Shown: positions 47,542-58,485 of the stretch, piece after piece
Layout: every line of letters begins with the position of its first letter
Numbering within the stretch: position 1 is the stretch's first letter
From: Thermodesulfobacteriota bacterium
Lineage (GTDB): Bacteria; Desulfobacterota_D; UBA1144; Nemesobacterales; UBA2774
Direction: 5' to 3'
NCBI GenBank assembly: GCA_965223335.1
Contig: OZ244991.1
Coordinates: 704,001 to 768,000 of the forward strand
Length of the DNA: 64,000 nt
Position numbers and translations under genes: made by a program
Notes under the pieces: generated by a model
Told to the model about the DNA's origin: nothing
Databases searched by the model: none
The model's input: only the letters and a program-made list of their open reading frames with translations

Positions 47542-48755
47542 TGGTAAAAGGGTTCCGAGGGATTCGTTATAACCCCAATGAGATCGAATCTTTCGATGAT
47601 GTACTGGCTCCGCCCTACGATGTAATCAGCCCCACCCAGCAGGATGATTTCTATGACAAAGATCCGCTTAATGTAATAAGGTTAGTCCTTGCCAAGGGAG
47701 AGGGAGACAGCAGATACGAAAGCGCCGCAGCTACCTATAACGAATGGCAAGAGTCGGGTGTGCTGCTCAGGGACCAGGGAGAATGCATCTACCCTTACTA
47801 CCAAGAGTTCGAGGAAAACGGCACTAAAATCCTAAGAAAGGGTTTTATTGCAGTAGTAAAAATAGAGGATTTCTCTACAAAACAGATTTTGCCCCACGAA
47901 CTCACATTCCCAAAACACAAAAGAGACAGGCTTAAACTAACAACTGCATGTAACTCCAACATGAGCCCTATATTCTGTGTGTACTCAGACCCCAATGGCT
48001 CCCTAGAGAGCGAGATCGACAAAAACCTTGAGGACCCCGTAATCGACTCCACAGGCAGTGATGGGATCCGAAACAGGATGTGGGCAATCGATGATCAGGA
48101 CATAATCAATCAAATTAAAACACAGATGGCGGACAAGACTCTTCTCATTGCGGACGGGCACCATAGATACGAGACAGCCCTTGAATACAAAAGTGTCACG
48201 AGATCAAACGGTGATCAAAATGATGACAGGCCCGCTGACTATGTAATGACATTTTTATCGAGAGCCGAGGACAAGGGGCTTATCATAAACCCCACGCACC
48301 GAGTGATTAAGAACATGGGTGATTACACCTTGGAAAGCCTCCTACAAAAATTGAGCGCCGATTTTGATATTGTAGAGATGGGGTTTTCTGAAGGAATTTC
48401 GGACATAGGCCGAAACGAGATCTCTATAATAAGCAGAGACCAGAGTAAGTCCCATAGACTAAGGCCCAAGCAGCTCTCCGGTGTATCGTATGAAAACATG
48501 GGTGTAATGCAGCTCCATAGCAAGGTGCTAAACAAAGTACTGGATGAGGAGTCATCGGGTGTTGTGTACACGAAATACCTGGACGAGGCACTAGACCTTG
48601 TAGCAAACCGGGGCTATGAACTGGGGTTTTTGCTATCGTCACTTGATGCAAACGATATATTCGAGGTAGTCATGGATGACAAGAGAATGCCACATAAAAC
48701 CACCTATTTTTACCCGAAAATCCTCTCGGGCTTGGTATTTAACCCGCTTTGGTGA
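47535..48755 (+). CDS. DUF1015 family protein
   Basis: APPYDVI, ILPHE.T, IADGHHRYETA, PTHR, MPHKTTYFYPK. Confidence 0.9.
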   Translation: MVMVKGFRGIRYNPNEIESFDDVLAPPYDVISPTQQDDFYDKDPLNVIRLVLAKGEGDSRYESAAATYNEWQESGVLLRDQGECIYPYYQEFEENGTKILRKGFIAVVKIEDFSTKQILPHELTFPKHKRDRLKLTTACNSNMSPIFCVYSDPNGSLESEIDKNLEDPVIDSTGSDGIRNRMWAIDDQDIINQIKTQMADKTLLIADGHHRYETALEYKSVTRSNGDQNDDRPADYVMTFLSRAEDKGLIINPTHRVIKNMGDYTLESLLQKLSADFDIVEMGFSEGISDIGRNEISIISRDQSKSHRLRPKQLSGVSYENMGVMQLHSKVLNKVLDEESSGVVYTKYLDEALDLVANRGYELGFLLSSLDANDIFEVVMDDKRMPHKTTYFYPKILSGLVFNPLW

Positions 48756-48891
48756 ACTGATATACACTTCCTCCCGCTATACTCGGCAGAGTCCAATTAA
48801 GCCGAATAAGCACGGGAAGTTATGGTAAATCCCTCTTTAATGCTTTATACTAAAATCAGTAATTAAATACTATTTTTAAAGGGGCATTCAT

Positions 48892-49449
48892 ATGTCAGCT
48901 ACTTTGATACTTCTCGTCGTTATTATCGGGCTTGTATTATTCGCGGTAGGTATATACAACGGGCTAATTAAGCTAAGGAACACATCCGAGCAGGCATGGT
49001 CGGACGTGGATGTACAGCTAAAGAGACGATATGATCTCATCCCAAACCTCGTAGAAACCGTAAAGGGCTATGCAACGCACGAAAAGGAAACATTCGAGCA
49101 AGTCGTGAAGGCAAGGAACGAAGCCATGGGGGCCCAGACCCCGGGCGACAAGGCCCAGGCCGAGAACTTCCTGCAATCGGCACTCAAGAGCCTATTTGCT
49201 CTGGCTGAAGCCTATCCGGAGCTAAAAGCCAATGAAAACTTTATGGAACTACAGAGCGAGCTATCCAATATCGAAGAACAGATTCAGCTCGCTCGCCGCT
49301 ACTACAATGCGGTTGTCAGGGATCTCAACACAAAGATAGAATCGGTGCCGAGCAATTTTGTTGCAAACATGTTCAATTTTGAAAAAAGAGAGTATTTCGA
49401 GCTCGATTCTGCCGAAGAGAGAACCACACCCCAGGTAAGCTTCGGCTAG
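48892..49449 (+). CDS. lemA: LemA family protein
   Basis: N-terminal TM, DVQLKRRYDLIPNLVETVKGY, AEAYPELKAN.NF, ARRYYN. Confidence 0.95.
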   Translation: MSATLILLVVIIGLVLFAVGIYNGLIKLRNTSEQAWSDVDVQLKRRYDLIPNLVETVKGYATHEKETFEQVVKARNEAMGAQTPGDKAQAENFLQSALKSLFALAEAYPELKANENFMELQSELSNIEEQIQLARRYYNAVVRDLNTKIESVPSNFVANMFNFEKREYFELDSAEERTTPQVSFG

Positions 49450-49529
49450 AGCACGCAGTCTTAGATTGATAACATACTTTGCTTACCCTCACTCCCATCG
49501 GGTTTGGGAGTAGTGACACAACATCACAT

Positions 49530-51245
49530 ATGCCTAATGTAAGATCGAATTTTAGGGTTTTAAGGTACTTATTACTCCTCACTCTAGCTCTACCGCTTGT
49601 CACACCCGGTGCATCCGCCGAGGTAATAAAGAGTTTCGATAGCGATATATACATCGAGAATAACGGCTCTGTAACAGTGATCGAGACCATACATTATGAC
49701 TTTGAGGGTGCATATAGACACGGTATATATAGGGATATTCCAGTTAAGTATGAGATTGGCGGTAAGTACCATAAACTTTGGATAGACGTGATTGAGGTCA
49801 CCGACCAAAGTGGGGAGGACTACCAATACAAAACCACTAAGAACGGGGGGAGACTCAATATCAGGATAGGCGACCCCGACCGTACTATCACTGGCCTACA
49901 TGTTTATAAAATAGTCTATAGGGTAGACGGTGCGATCACATTTTTTGAGACCGAAGACGAATTCTATTGGAACGTGACCGGGGACGAATGGAGAGTGCCC
50001 ATACTCTCGGCAAGTGCGGACGTAGAGCTAGAGGACCCAAACACCGAAGGACTTCGGGCAAAATGCTTCACCGGCCGGCTGGGCTCAACCCAACAGGACT
50101 GCTCATACAGGCTAAAACAGTCCGGTGCATCATTCGAGTCACTTAGGCAACTGCCCGGAGGTCACGGTCTAACATTGGTATTGGGGTTCCCCAAGGGGTC
50201 TGTTTCGGAGCCCTCTGGGCTGGCTAGAGCAATAAGAACACTAAGGGATAATTGGTCGCTCGGCATCCCAGCCCTAGCACTGCTGTTTTTGGGTTTTATG
50301 TGGCGTAGCAGCGGCAGAGACCCCGAGACAAGCGGTGTTATAGCAGTTCGGTACGATCCCCCCGGGGAGCTCACTCCCGCAGAGGCAGGCACACTTATTG
50401 ACGAGCAGGTTGATATACTCGACATCACATCCACAATCATAGACCTGGCAGTAAGGGGCTACCTAAAAATAGAAGAGGTACCGAGTACAAAATACGTATT
50501 TTTCTCAAGCAACGATTATAAGCTTATTAAAGTAAAAGAGCCCACTCAGGACGAGCTAAAATATCATGAGGAGATCGTATTTTCGGGCATTTTTAAGCAT
50601 GGCACCCATAATGTTATGGTATCCGACCTAAAGAACAAGTTTTATAAAGAGATCCCCTCTATCCAAAAGGCTCTCTACAACGAACTCGTGGGTTCGAAAC
50701 TCTTCCCCACAAATCCCGACCATGTCCGCCAAATCTATAAATGGATCGGTTATGGCCTTGTTGTGCTCGGCATGTTTGTAATAAGCATGCTCTGGGCAAA
50801 GCTATCGATTCTGGCCACAGGCATAATATTTATTATTTTCTCGAGGTATATGCCCAGGAAAACAAAGCGCGGGGCTAAGCTGAACGAAGAGATACTCGGA
50901 TTTAGAGAGTTTATTGAGCGTGCGGAAAAGGGCAGGATCGAGAAACTTGCTAAAGACGACCCCACGCTCTTTGACCGTATACTTCCATACGCCATAGTAT
51001 TCGACCTATCCGACAGGTGGGCCGATGCGTTTAGCGACGTCTACACTACTCCTCCTAACTGGTACCATTCCGCTAGCTATAACAACATGTTTTCCCCACG
51101 AATATTTGTCGGCGATTTAGGCCGGAGCCTAAGCGTGATGAACAACAGTCTCAGATCGACACCGCGCAAATCCGGCGGCAGCGGATTCGGAGGCGGGGGG
51201 TTCAGCGGAGGCGGATTCGGCGGCGGCGGCGGGGGCTCCTGGTAA
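49530..51245 (+). CDS. DUF2207 membrane protein
   Basis: GSVTV.ETI, HGIYR.IP, IGDPD, YWNVTG, DLAVRGYL, LPYAIVF, Gly-rich GGGGGGSW tail. Follows lemA. Confidence 0.9.
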   Translation: MPNVRSNFRVLRYLLLLTLALPLVTPGASAEVIKSFDSDIYIENNGSVTVIETIHYDFEGAYRHGIYRDIPVKYEIGGKYHKLWIDVIEVTDQSGEDYQYKTTKNGGRLNIRIGDPDRTITGLHVYKIVYRVDGAITFFETEDEFYWNVTGDEWRVPILSASADVELEDPNTEGLRAKCFTGRLGSTQQDCSYRLKQSGASFESLRQLPGGHGLTLVLGFPKGSVSEPSGLARAIRTLRDNWSLGIPALALLFLGFMWRSSGRDPETSGVIAVRYDPPGELTPAEAGTLIDEQVDILDITSTIIDLAVRGYLKIEEVPSTKYVFFSSNDYKLIKVKEPTQDELKYHEEIVFSGIFKHGTHNVMVSDLKNKFYKEIPSIQKALYNELVGSKLFPTNPDHVRQIYKWIGYGLVVLGMFVISMLWAKLSILATGIIFIIFSRYMPRKTKRGAKLNEEILGFREFIERAEKGRIEKLAKDDPTLFDRILPYAIVFDLSDRWADAFSDVYTTPPNWYHSASYNNMFSPRIFVGDLGRSLSVMNNSLRSTPRKSGGSGFGGGGFSGGGFGGGGGGSW

Positions 51246-51556
51246 GTCAATTGATCACTCACCTGTTGCAAGTTTAGTCGTTTTGGTTCGACATGACTCA
51301 CAATGCATCGAATTAACCAGCAAACTCTGCTTGATATATAGCAAAATATCTAAACACCTGTTCGTCCCATCAAATAAACTATTTTCTCTGTGATCCGACT
51401 TTTTCGCAATTGAAACTTAGACTAAACTGAACTAATATTATATAGGAGGCGTGGGTTGGTGGTGTCAGTTTATCCATCCCTTAACCGAGGTGTGTATATA
51501 TAGATATACACATCACTCACAAACTCATAAATATTGAGAATAAAAGGCATAGTAAG

Positions 51557-54500
51557 TTGCAGGATACAGACAAATCAAAACAGGAATTAATCGAAGAACT
51601 AGAAACTCTTCGCACCAAATACGATTCCCTCGAACAATCGAAGAATGCAGAGAATGGACATGGGCACCATGACGTCACGAATGAGAAGGAACTCCTGGAC
51701 AAAATAAATGCCGGTGAGTCACTTTTGTCCATACTCGAAGACCTATGCGAAATATTTGAACAAGAAGCAGAAGGTTTGTTGTGTACGATCTGTCTAGTAG
51801 GGGAGGAAAATAAGACTCAAAAACTCATAGTAGCCCCCAGTCTGCCGCTTGAGTTTACAAAGAATCTGGGGTCTAACACGGTTGGTAAGTGCGAGGGCTC
51901 ATGCACCCAATCCATCCTTACATGCGGACAATCAATTCTAAGAAAGGAACTTGTAATAGTACCCGATATTGCGAACGACCCGCTTTTAGTGGACTCAAGT
52001 TCATTTCTTATGGATTACGGCCTTAAATCCTGTTGGTCGATGCCCATAATATCATCTACAGACAATATTCTGGGAGCATTCACTGTATATTACACTGACC
52101 TTAGAGAACCGAGTGCCGAGGAACTGAGCAGTGCAGCAAATATCTGTGCACTGGCAAATATAGCAATAGAAAAAAAATACGCAGCTGAATCACTGCGAAT
52201 GACCGAGGTCCAAAACTCGGTCCTGCTCAATGTAATCCCCGACACCTTAATGAGAATAAGCAGCAGCGGTCAAGTGCTTGACCTCATATCCGATCCCAAC
52301 AACCTTTTTTCTATATCCAAACTCACTCAGTCAAAAGTCACACTAGAGGATCTACTCCCCCCTCAAGTCTACGATAAATTTATGGAGTACATAGAACAAA
52401 CTAACTACACGGGAAACCCACAGACTTTTACCTACGATCTTCCCGACAGATTGGAAAAAGGAGTTTTGCATCATTACGAAACCAGGATCGTATCGAGCGG
52501 TTCAAACGAATTGCTCACAATAGTAAGAGAGATTAGCGAGCAGCGACTTAACGAGTTTTTACTAAGTCTTGAGAAAAAAGTATTCGAGATGATTGCATCC
52601 AATATGGTGCTACCCGAAATACTCGAGGTTATGTGTCTGGAGATTGAGAAAGAAACAAACGGGATGCAGTGTTCCATCCTCACATTAGATCCCAACGGGA
52701 AAACCCTCCATCATTGCGCAGCCCCTAGCTTGCCAAAGGATTACACCAATTTAATAGACGGCATAGAGATAGGTCCCTCGGTAGGGTCATGCGGGACCGC
52801 AGCTTACACCAAACGCCCGGTCATTGTATCTAACATCTCTACCGACCCCCTATGGACGGATTTTAAAGACGTTGCCGAGCAATTTGACCTAAGAGCTTGC
52901 TGGTCTACCCCGATCATATCCACAGATAGCAAGCTTATAGGCACTTTTGCAATGTATTACAAAGAGCCCAGGGAACCCGGGTTCCAAGAGCTAACGATAA
53001 TCGAACGTGCGGTATATCTTTCGAGAATTACCATAGAGCGTAAGAGGTCAGAAGAACTCATTACACAGTTTGGAAAAATATTAGAAGAATCACAAAACGA
53101 AATATATATATTCAATACAAAAACCCTAAAACTGATTCATGTAAACAAGGGTGCACGGGATAATTTACAGTACAACACATCCGAGCTAATGAAACTCAAT
53201 TTCATAGATGTCACGGCAGATCTTACAGAACAAACATTCCGCAGTACTGTAAAGCCCCTTCACAACAGCTCTCAAGACCAAGTGGATTATAAATCGTACA
53301 ACAGGCGTAAAGACGGCTCGATATACCCCGTCGAGGTACACATTCAACTATCTAATCTAAGTGGTGACGAAGTATATGTAACAAATGTGCTCGACATAAC
53401 CGATCGTATGAAAACCGAGGATGCACTGCGTCAAAGCAAAGAACGCCTGCAGCTGGCAATGGATTCCTCAGGGGTCGGCACATGGGACTGGGACCTGGAA
53501 AAAGACGAGATAATATGGGACGGAGAGATTCACCCAGTATATGGGAAGCTCAGGAAATACCGGGGCAAATTCAGCGATTTCCTCAAAGCTCTTCACCCCG
53601 ACGACAGCGACAGGGTACAAAATATTTTAGATGATTGCATCCGCAGCGGCAGAGATGTGGAGTTGGAGTATCGCGTGATCTGGCCCGACGGCAGCACACA
53701 CTACATCGCAGACCGGGGCAGGATCGTTAAAGACGACGCTCTAAACCCCACCAGGATCACAGGTGTATGCATCGATATCTCAAGGATTAAGAATGTAGAA
53801 CATGCGCTTCAGAAAAACCTTGATCAGCTCTCAAAGAAAAATCGTTATGAAGCGATACATAGGACAATTACACAAAGCGTTCACAGCACCATCGACCTTG
53901 AAGAGGTTTTAAACAGAGCTGCCGACGTGATTATTAACAAGGTCGATAATGTAGACAATTTGGCATTCTACTTAGTTGAAAACAACGCTGCCGTTTTAAA
54001 AGCACACAGAAATTTAACAGATGAATTCATAGAACAAGCTGGCAACATTCCCTACGGAAAAGGTTTCACCTGGAACACCATAATTACAGGTCAACTGACC
54101 TATTGCGCTGATGCCGAGACCGATACACTCATTGGCCCAGCCGGCAGAAAATTAGGCATAAGAAGTTATGCCTCCGTACCATTAAAATTCAAAGACAAAG
54201 TGATAGGGGCATTTAACTTAAATTCAAAAACAAAAAATGCATGCCAACAAGAGGAACTGATATTATTAGAGTTGATAGCAGACCAGTTGGAAACAGCTAT
54301 TGATAATGCGCGACAGGCGGAAGCATTAAGACAATCCGAACAAAAATATAGAACTCTATTTGAACAATCCCCTGTAGGTGTTTACATATTCAACGCAGAT
54401 TACAGAATCATACAGTGCAATGAGCAAATGGCCGAAATCCTCGAATCATCTCAGGATAAAATAGTCGGCCTCGATATGAATAACCTGAGGAATAAAAACT

Positions 54501-56599
54501 TTATGGATCTTATGAGTAAGGCTCTTCGGGGAGATACCGGGCACCTAGAGAGTTTTTATCATGCCTCTACAAGTGATAAAGAATTGTGGTTATCCGTAAG
54601 GGTTGCCCCCCTCAAAAACGCAGCCGGCGAAGTGACTGCCGGAATGGCGGTGGTACAGGACATAACCGACCGCAAAATGGCACAAGAGGCTCTACAAAAA
54701 TCGAAGGACTCCTACGAGGATGTGGTAAACACAGTGGAGGGTATTGTATGGGAAGCCAACCCCCTAACCGTTCAGTTTAGTTTTGTAAGCGAGAAAGCGC
54801 TAAGTATAACGGGGTACACAGTCGAACAGTGGCTGGAACCGGATTTTTGGTATAACCACCTTCACCCCAAAGACAGAGACTGGGCCTATAAATTATGCGC
54901 TGAGGCCACTGCAGAGAAAAGAGATCATCAGTTCGAGTATAGATTTATAGCCGCTGACGGCCGAATTATATGGTTGAGGGATATTGTAAGTGTAATAGTA
55001 GAGGACGATATCGTTACAAAATTACGCGGGATAATGATCGATATCACAGAGCTTAAAACAACCGAAGACCTGTTACTCGAAAGCGCTGAGAGATATAAAA
55101 CACTAATTGAAAATACCTATGAACTCATCATTGAAGCAAGCGCCGACGGCAGGTTCCTCTATGTAAGCCCCAACTACAAAGAGGTTCTGGGCTATGATAA
55201 AGACGAGCTTTTGGGCACCAACATATTTCAGTACGTCCACCCTGAGGATCTAGGAAGGGTAAAGAGTATTTTTGACAACACTTTTCTCAATCAGACCATC
55301 GGAAACGCAGTGTTTAGATATAAGCATAAAAACGGTGAATGGAGACTGTTTGAGAGCTCCGGCAAGACATTTAAATCTGCAACAGGAGACTTAAGATGCG
55401 TCATAGTTTCCCGCGACATTACCCAGCGCAGCAAGATTGAAGGAGAGCTCGCAAAGACTCAGAAACTCGAATCACTTGGAGTTCTAGCGGGTGGAATAGC
55501 ACACGATTTTAATAACCTTCTAACAGCTATTTTAGGCAACATCAATTTAGCTAAATCCAACACCGACAATTCACACAAAATATTCAAAACACTAGAAGAG
55601 GCCGAAAAAGCATCGACTAGAGCTAAGGACCTGACCTCGCAACTGCTCACGTTCTCTATCGGCGGGGGTATGCCTATCACTAAGGTAGTAACCACAATAG
55701 GCCAATTAGTATCGGACTCAGCCACTTTTACCTCTAGAGGCTCAAGCTCCAAATGCAATTTAAACATAGAAGAAGGCCTATGGAACGTAGAGATAGACGA
55801 GGGTCAAATAAGCCAGGTCGTAGACAACCTTGTGATAAACGCAATCCAGTCTATGCCCCAAGGTGGTATCGTAAACGTGAGTGTGGAAAATACGCATCCC
55901 GATAATTTGGTAGACGTACCACTCAATGGTCAAAAGTGTGTAAAGATTGCTATTGAAGACTCGGGGATCGGTATTCCCGACCAGCATCTAGAAAAGATTT
56001 TTGATCCCTACTTTACAACAAAACAAAAGGGCAGCGGGCTTGGACTCTCCACAGTATATTCAATAATAAAAAATCATGGTGGGCACATAGATGTGGATTC
56101 CTCATTAGGTAAGGGTACTAAGTTCAGCATTTACCTGCCTGCCACAGATCAAAAAGCCGATACAGCTCAGAAACAAACAACCGCCATCAGAGAGGGTACC
56201 GGCAGGATATTGGTTATGGACGATGAAGAATTTGTAAGAAATGTTGTAGGAGAAATGCTCTCTAGTCTCGGTTACGAAGTCGAGTTTGCCTGCAGTGGAG
56301 ACGATGCTATAGAGATGTATAAAGAGGCCAAGGAGTCGAATGAACCATACGATATCGTTATTATGGACCTCACAATCGCCGGTGGCATGGGTGGCAAAGA
56401 AGCAATCTCGATACTTAGGGAGTACGACCCCGAAATAAACGCTGTGGTGTCAAGCGGCTATTCCCATGACCCCGTGATGTCCGAATACGAAAAACACGGT
56501 TTTAGGGGCATTGTAGCTAAACCCTATATTCTAGAAGACCTAAGTGCCACGGTTTACGATATCATTGAATCATCTAAAAATAACGTGCAAACTTCTTAG
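51557..56599 (+). CDS. Cytoplasmic hybrid sensor histidine kinase (multiple GAF and PAS domains, HisKA, HATPase, REC)
   Basis: Three GAF-like and about six PAS-like blocks. LAGGIAHDFNNLL, NLVINA, DSGIGI, FTTK..GSGLGL, MDDEE, IMDL, SSGY, KPY. Confidence 0.92.
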   Translation: MQDTDKSKQELIEELETLRTKYDSLEQSKNAENGHGHHDVTNEKELLDKINAGESLLSILEDLCEIFEQEAEGLLCTICLVGEENKTQKLIVAPSLPLEFTKNLGSNTVGKCEGSCTQSILTCGQSILRKELVIVPDIANDPLLVDSSSFLMDYGLKSCWSMPIISSTDNILGAFTVYYTDLREPSAEELSSAANICALANIAIEKKYAAESLRMTEVQNSVLLNVIPDTLMRISSSGQVLDLISDPNNLFSISKLTQSKVTLEDLLPPQVYDKFMEYIEQTNYTGNPQTFTYDLPDRLEKGVLHHYETRIVSSGSNELLTIVREISEQRLNEFLLSLEKKVFEMIASNMVLPEILEVMCLEIEKETNGMQCSILTLDPNGKTLHHCAAPSLPKDYTNLIDGIEIGPSVGSCGTAAYTKRPVIVSNISTDPLWTDFKDVAEQFDLRACWSTPIISTDSKLIGTFAMYYKEPREPGFQELTIIERAVYLSRITIERKRSEELITQFGKILEESQNEIYIFNTKTLKLIHVNKGARDNLQYNTSELMKLNFIDVTADLTEQTFRSTVKPLHNSSQDQVDYKSYNRRKDGSIYPVEVHIQLSNLSGDEVYVTNVLDITDRMKTEDALRQSKERLQLAMDSSGVGTWDWDLEKDEIIWDGEIHPVYGKLRKYRGKFSDFLKALHPDDSDRVQNILDDCIRSGRDVELEYRVIWPDGSTHYIADRGRIVKDDALNPTRITGVCIDISRIKNVEHALQKNLDQLSKKNRYEAIHRTITQSVHSTIDLEEVLNRAADVIINKVDNVDNLAFYLVENNAAVLKAHRNLTDEFIEQAGNIPYGKGFTWNTIITGQLTYCADAETDTLIGPAGRKLGIRSYASVPLKFKDKVIGAFNLNSKTKNACQQEELILLELIADQLETAIDNARQAEALRQSEQKYRTLFEQSPVGVYIFNADYRIIQCNEQMAEILESSQDKIVGLDMNNLRNKNFMDLMSKALRGDTGHLESFYHASTSDKELWLSVRVAPLKNAAGEVTAGMAVVQDITDRKMAQEALQKSKDSYEDVVNTVEGIVWEANPLTVQFSFVSEKALSITGYTVEQWLEPDFWYNHLHPKDRDWAYKLCAEATAEKRDHQFEYRFIAADGRIIWLRDIVSVIVEDDIVTKLRGIMIDITELKTTEDLLLESAERYKTLIENTYELIIEASADGRFLYVSPNYKEVLGYDKDELLGTNIFQYVHPEDLGRVKSIFDNTFLNQTIGNAVFRYKHKNGEWRLFESSGKTFKSATGDLRCVIVSRDITQRSKIEGELAKTQKLESLGVLAGGIAHDFNNLLTAILGNINLAKSNTDNSHKIFKTLEEAEKASTRAKDLTSQLLTFSIGGGMPITKVVTTIGQLVSDSATFTSRGSSSKCNLNIEEGLWNVEIDEGQISQVVDNLVINAIQSMPQGGIVNVSVENTHPDNLVDVPLNGQKCVKIAIEDSGIGIPDQHLEKIFDPYFTTKQKGSGLGLSTVYSIIKNHGGHIDVDSSLGKGTKFSIYLPATDQKADTAQKQTTAIREGTGRILVMDDEEFVRNVVGEMLSSLGYEVEFACSGDDAIEMYKEAKESNEPYDIVIMDLTIAGGMGGKEAISILREYDPEINAVVSSGYSHDPVMSEYEKHGFRGIVAKPYILEDLSATVYDIIESSKNNVQTS

Positions 56600-56671
56600 T
56601 ATAAGTTGATTATACGATCCGTTTAATATAATATCCTCACTCAACTTGGATCTACGGCCCGACTATTTCAT

Positions 56672-58465
56672 ATGCATCCCAAATACATAAGGAACTTTTC
56701 TATTATTGCCCATGTCGACCATGGCAAATCCACTCTGGCCGATAGGATTCTTGAGTTCACAGGCACGCTAAGCGACAGGGAGAAAACCGAACAGTTCCTA
56801 GACAAGATGGAGCTTGAGCGTGAACGCGGCATCACTATCAAGGCTCAGGCCGTTCGAATCGCCTACACATCCGACGACGGCAACACATACGAATTTAATC
56901 TCATAGACACACCGGGGCATGTGGATTTCAGCTACGAGGTCTCAAGGAGCCTGATGGCCTGCGAGGGGGCACTGTTGGTTGTGGACTCGACCCAGGGTGT
57001 TGAGGCCCAAACACTCGCCAACGCTTACTTGGCTGTCGACTCGGGACTGGAACTTATACCCGTAATAAATAAAATCGACCTGCCGGCCTCTGATCCCGAG
57101 CGGGCCAAACACGAGATTGAAGACGTGATCGGAATTAGCGCCGACAACGCAATCCTGGCAAGCGCAAAAGAGGGGATAGGCACCAAAGAAATCCTAGAGT
57201 CTATAGTTAAATACATCCCACCGCCCACAGATAAATCAGAGCTCCCATTAAAAGCACTCATATTCGACAGCTGGTTCGACTCCTACGAGGGTGTGGTGAT
57301 GCTTATCAGGGTGTTTGAGGGCAAGATCGATATGGGTCAGCAGATGAGGTTTTGCTCCACCCGCAAAGACTACGAGGTAAAAAGACTAGGAGTGTTCTCG
57401 CCCGCCGCCACCGAGGTCAAGACCCTACACACCGGAGAGGTCGGGTTCGTAACCGCATCTATAAAAGAGATCAGGGAAGCCCAGGTAGGCGACACCATAA
57501 CAGAGGTCACTAAAGACGATATTGCACCTCTTCCGGGATTTCGCGAGATGAAACCCATGGTGTTTAGCGGGCTATACCCCATTGAGCCCAAGGAATACGA
57601 CAAACTTCGCGATGCCCTCGAGAAACTAGGCCTAAACGATTCATCCCTAGTATACGAGCCCGAGACCTCAGTAGCGCTCGGGTTTGGGTTTCGGTGCGGG
57701 TTCCTGGGTCTATTGCACATGGAGATAGTAAGGGAAAGGCTCGAGAGGGAGTTCGAACTGGAACTGATCACAACTGCACCCACAGTGGTCTATAGGGCAA
57801 CGGACACTGCCGGCGAAATAACCCTTGTCGACAATCCGAGCAAGCTTCCCACTCCCGACCAAATAGAGACTATCGAAGAGCCCTTCGTAAAAGTGACCAT
57901 GCACACCCCAAATAATTATGTGGGTGTGATAATGGATCTATGCGAGAAGAGAAGAGGGATTCAGGTAAACGTTAACTTTGTCACTCAGGACAGGGTGATC
58001 CTCGAGTACGATCTACCACTCTCAGAGATTGTGTTTGATTTTTACGATAAACTTAAATCCGTTTCCCGCGGTTATGCGTCGATGGACTATGAACCTATCG
58101 GCTATAAGGTGTCTGAGCTAATTAAGCTCGATGTACTCGTAAACGGCGATCCCGTAGACGCTTTATCGATAATAGTGCATAAAGAGAAATCGTATGAGAG
58201 GGGACGCGAGCTCATCCAGAAACTCCGCTCACTTATCCCGCGCCAGCTCTACGAAGTTGTCATCCAGGCCTCGATAGGAAACCGCATTATAGCACGCGAA
58301 TCTGTAAAACCGGTTAGAAAAGACGTGACAGCCAAGTGCTACGGGGGCGATGTAACCAGGAAAAGAAAACTGCTTGAGAAGCAAAAAGAGGGGAAAAAGC
58401 GGCTAAAACAGGTCGGTAAAATCGAGATACCCCAAGAGGCGTTTTTAGCAGTATTAAAGACCTGA
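56672..58465 (+). CDS. lepA: Elongation factor 4
   Basis: [48 protein letters not shown]. Confidence 0.99.
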   Translation: MHPKYIRNFSIIAHVDHGKSTLADRILEFTGTLSDREKTEQFLDKMELERERGITIKAQAVRIAYTSDDGNTYEFNLIDTPGHVDFSYEVSRSLMACEGALLVVDSTQGVEAQTLANAYLAVDSGLELIPVINKIDLPASDPERAKHEIEDVIGISADNAILASAKEGIGTKEILESIVKYIPPPTDKSELPLKALIFDSWFDSYEGVVMLIRVFEGKIDMGQQMRFCSTRKDYEVKRLGVFSPAATEVKTLHTGEVGFVTASIKEIREAQVGDTITEVTKDDIAPLPGFREMKPMVFSGLYPIEPKEYDKLRDALEKLGLNDSSLVYEPETSVALGFGFRCGFLGLLHMEIVRERLEREFELELITTAPTVVYRATDTAGEITLVDNPSKLPTPDQIETIEEPFVKVTMHTPNNYVGVIMDLCEKRRGIQVNVNFVTQDRVILEYDLPLSEIVFDFYDKLKSVSRGYASMDYEPIGYKVSELIKLDVLVNGDPVDALSIIVHKEKSYERGRELIQKLRSLIPRQLYEVVIQASIGNRIIARESVKPVRKDVTAKCYGGDVTRKRKLLEKQKEGKKRLKQVGKIEIPQEAFLAVLKT

Positions 58466-58485
58466 CTATAGCTGGTCCCAATCTA

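Noticed and set aside
51170..51245. GGC-rich low-complexity repeat
   Set aside because: It encodes the normal Gly-rich tail of DUF2207 proteins.
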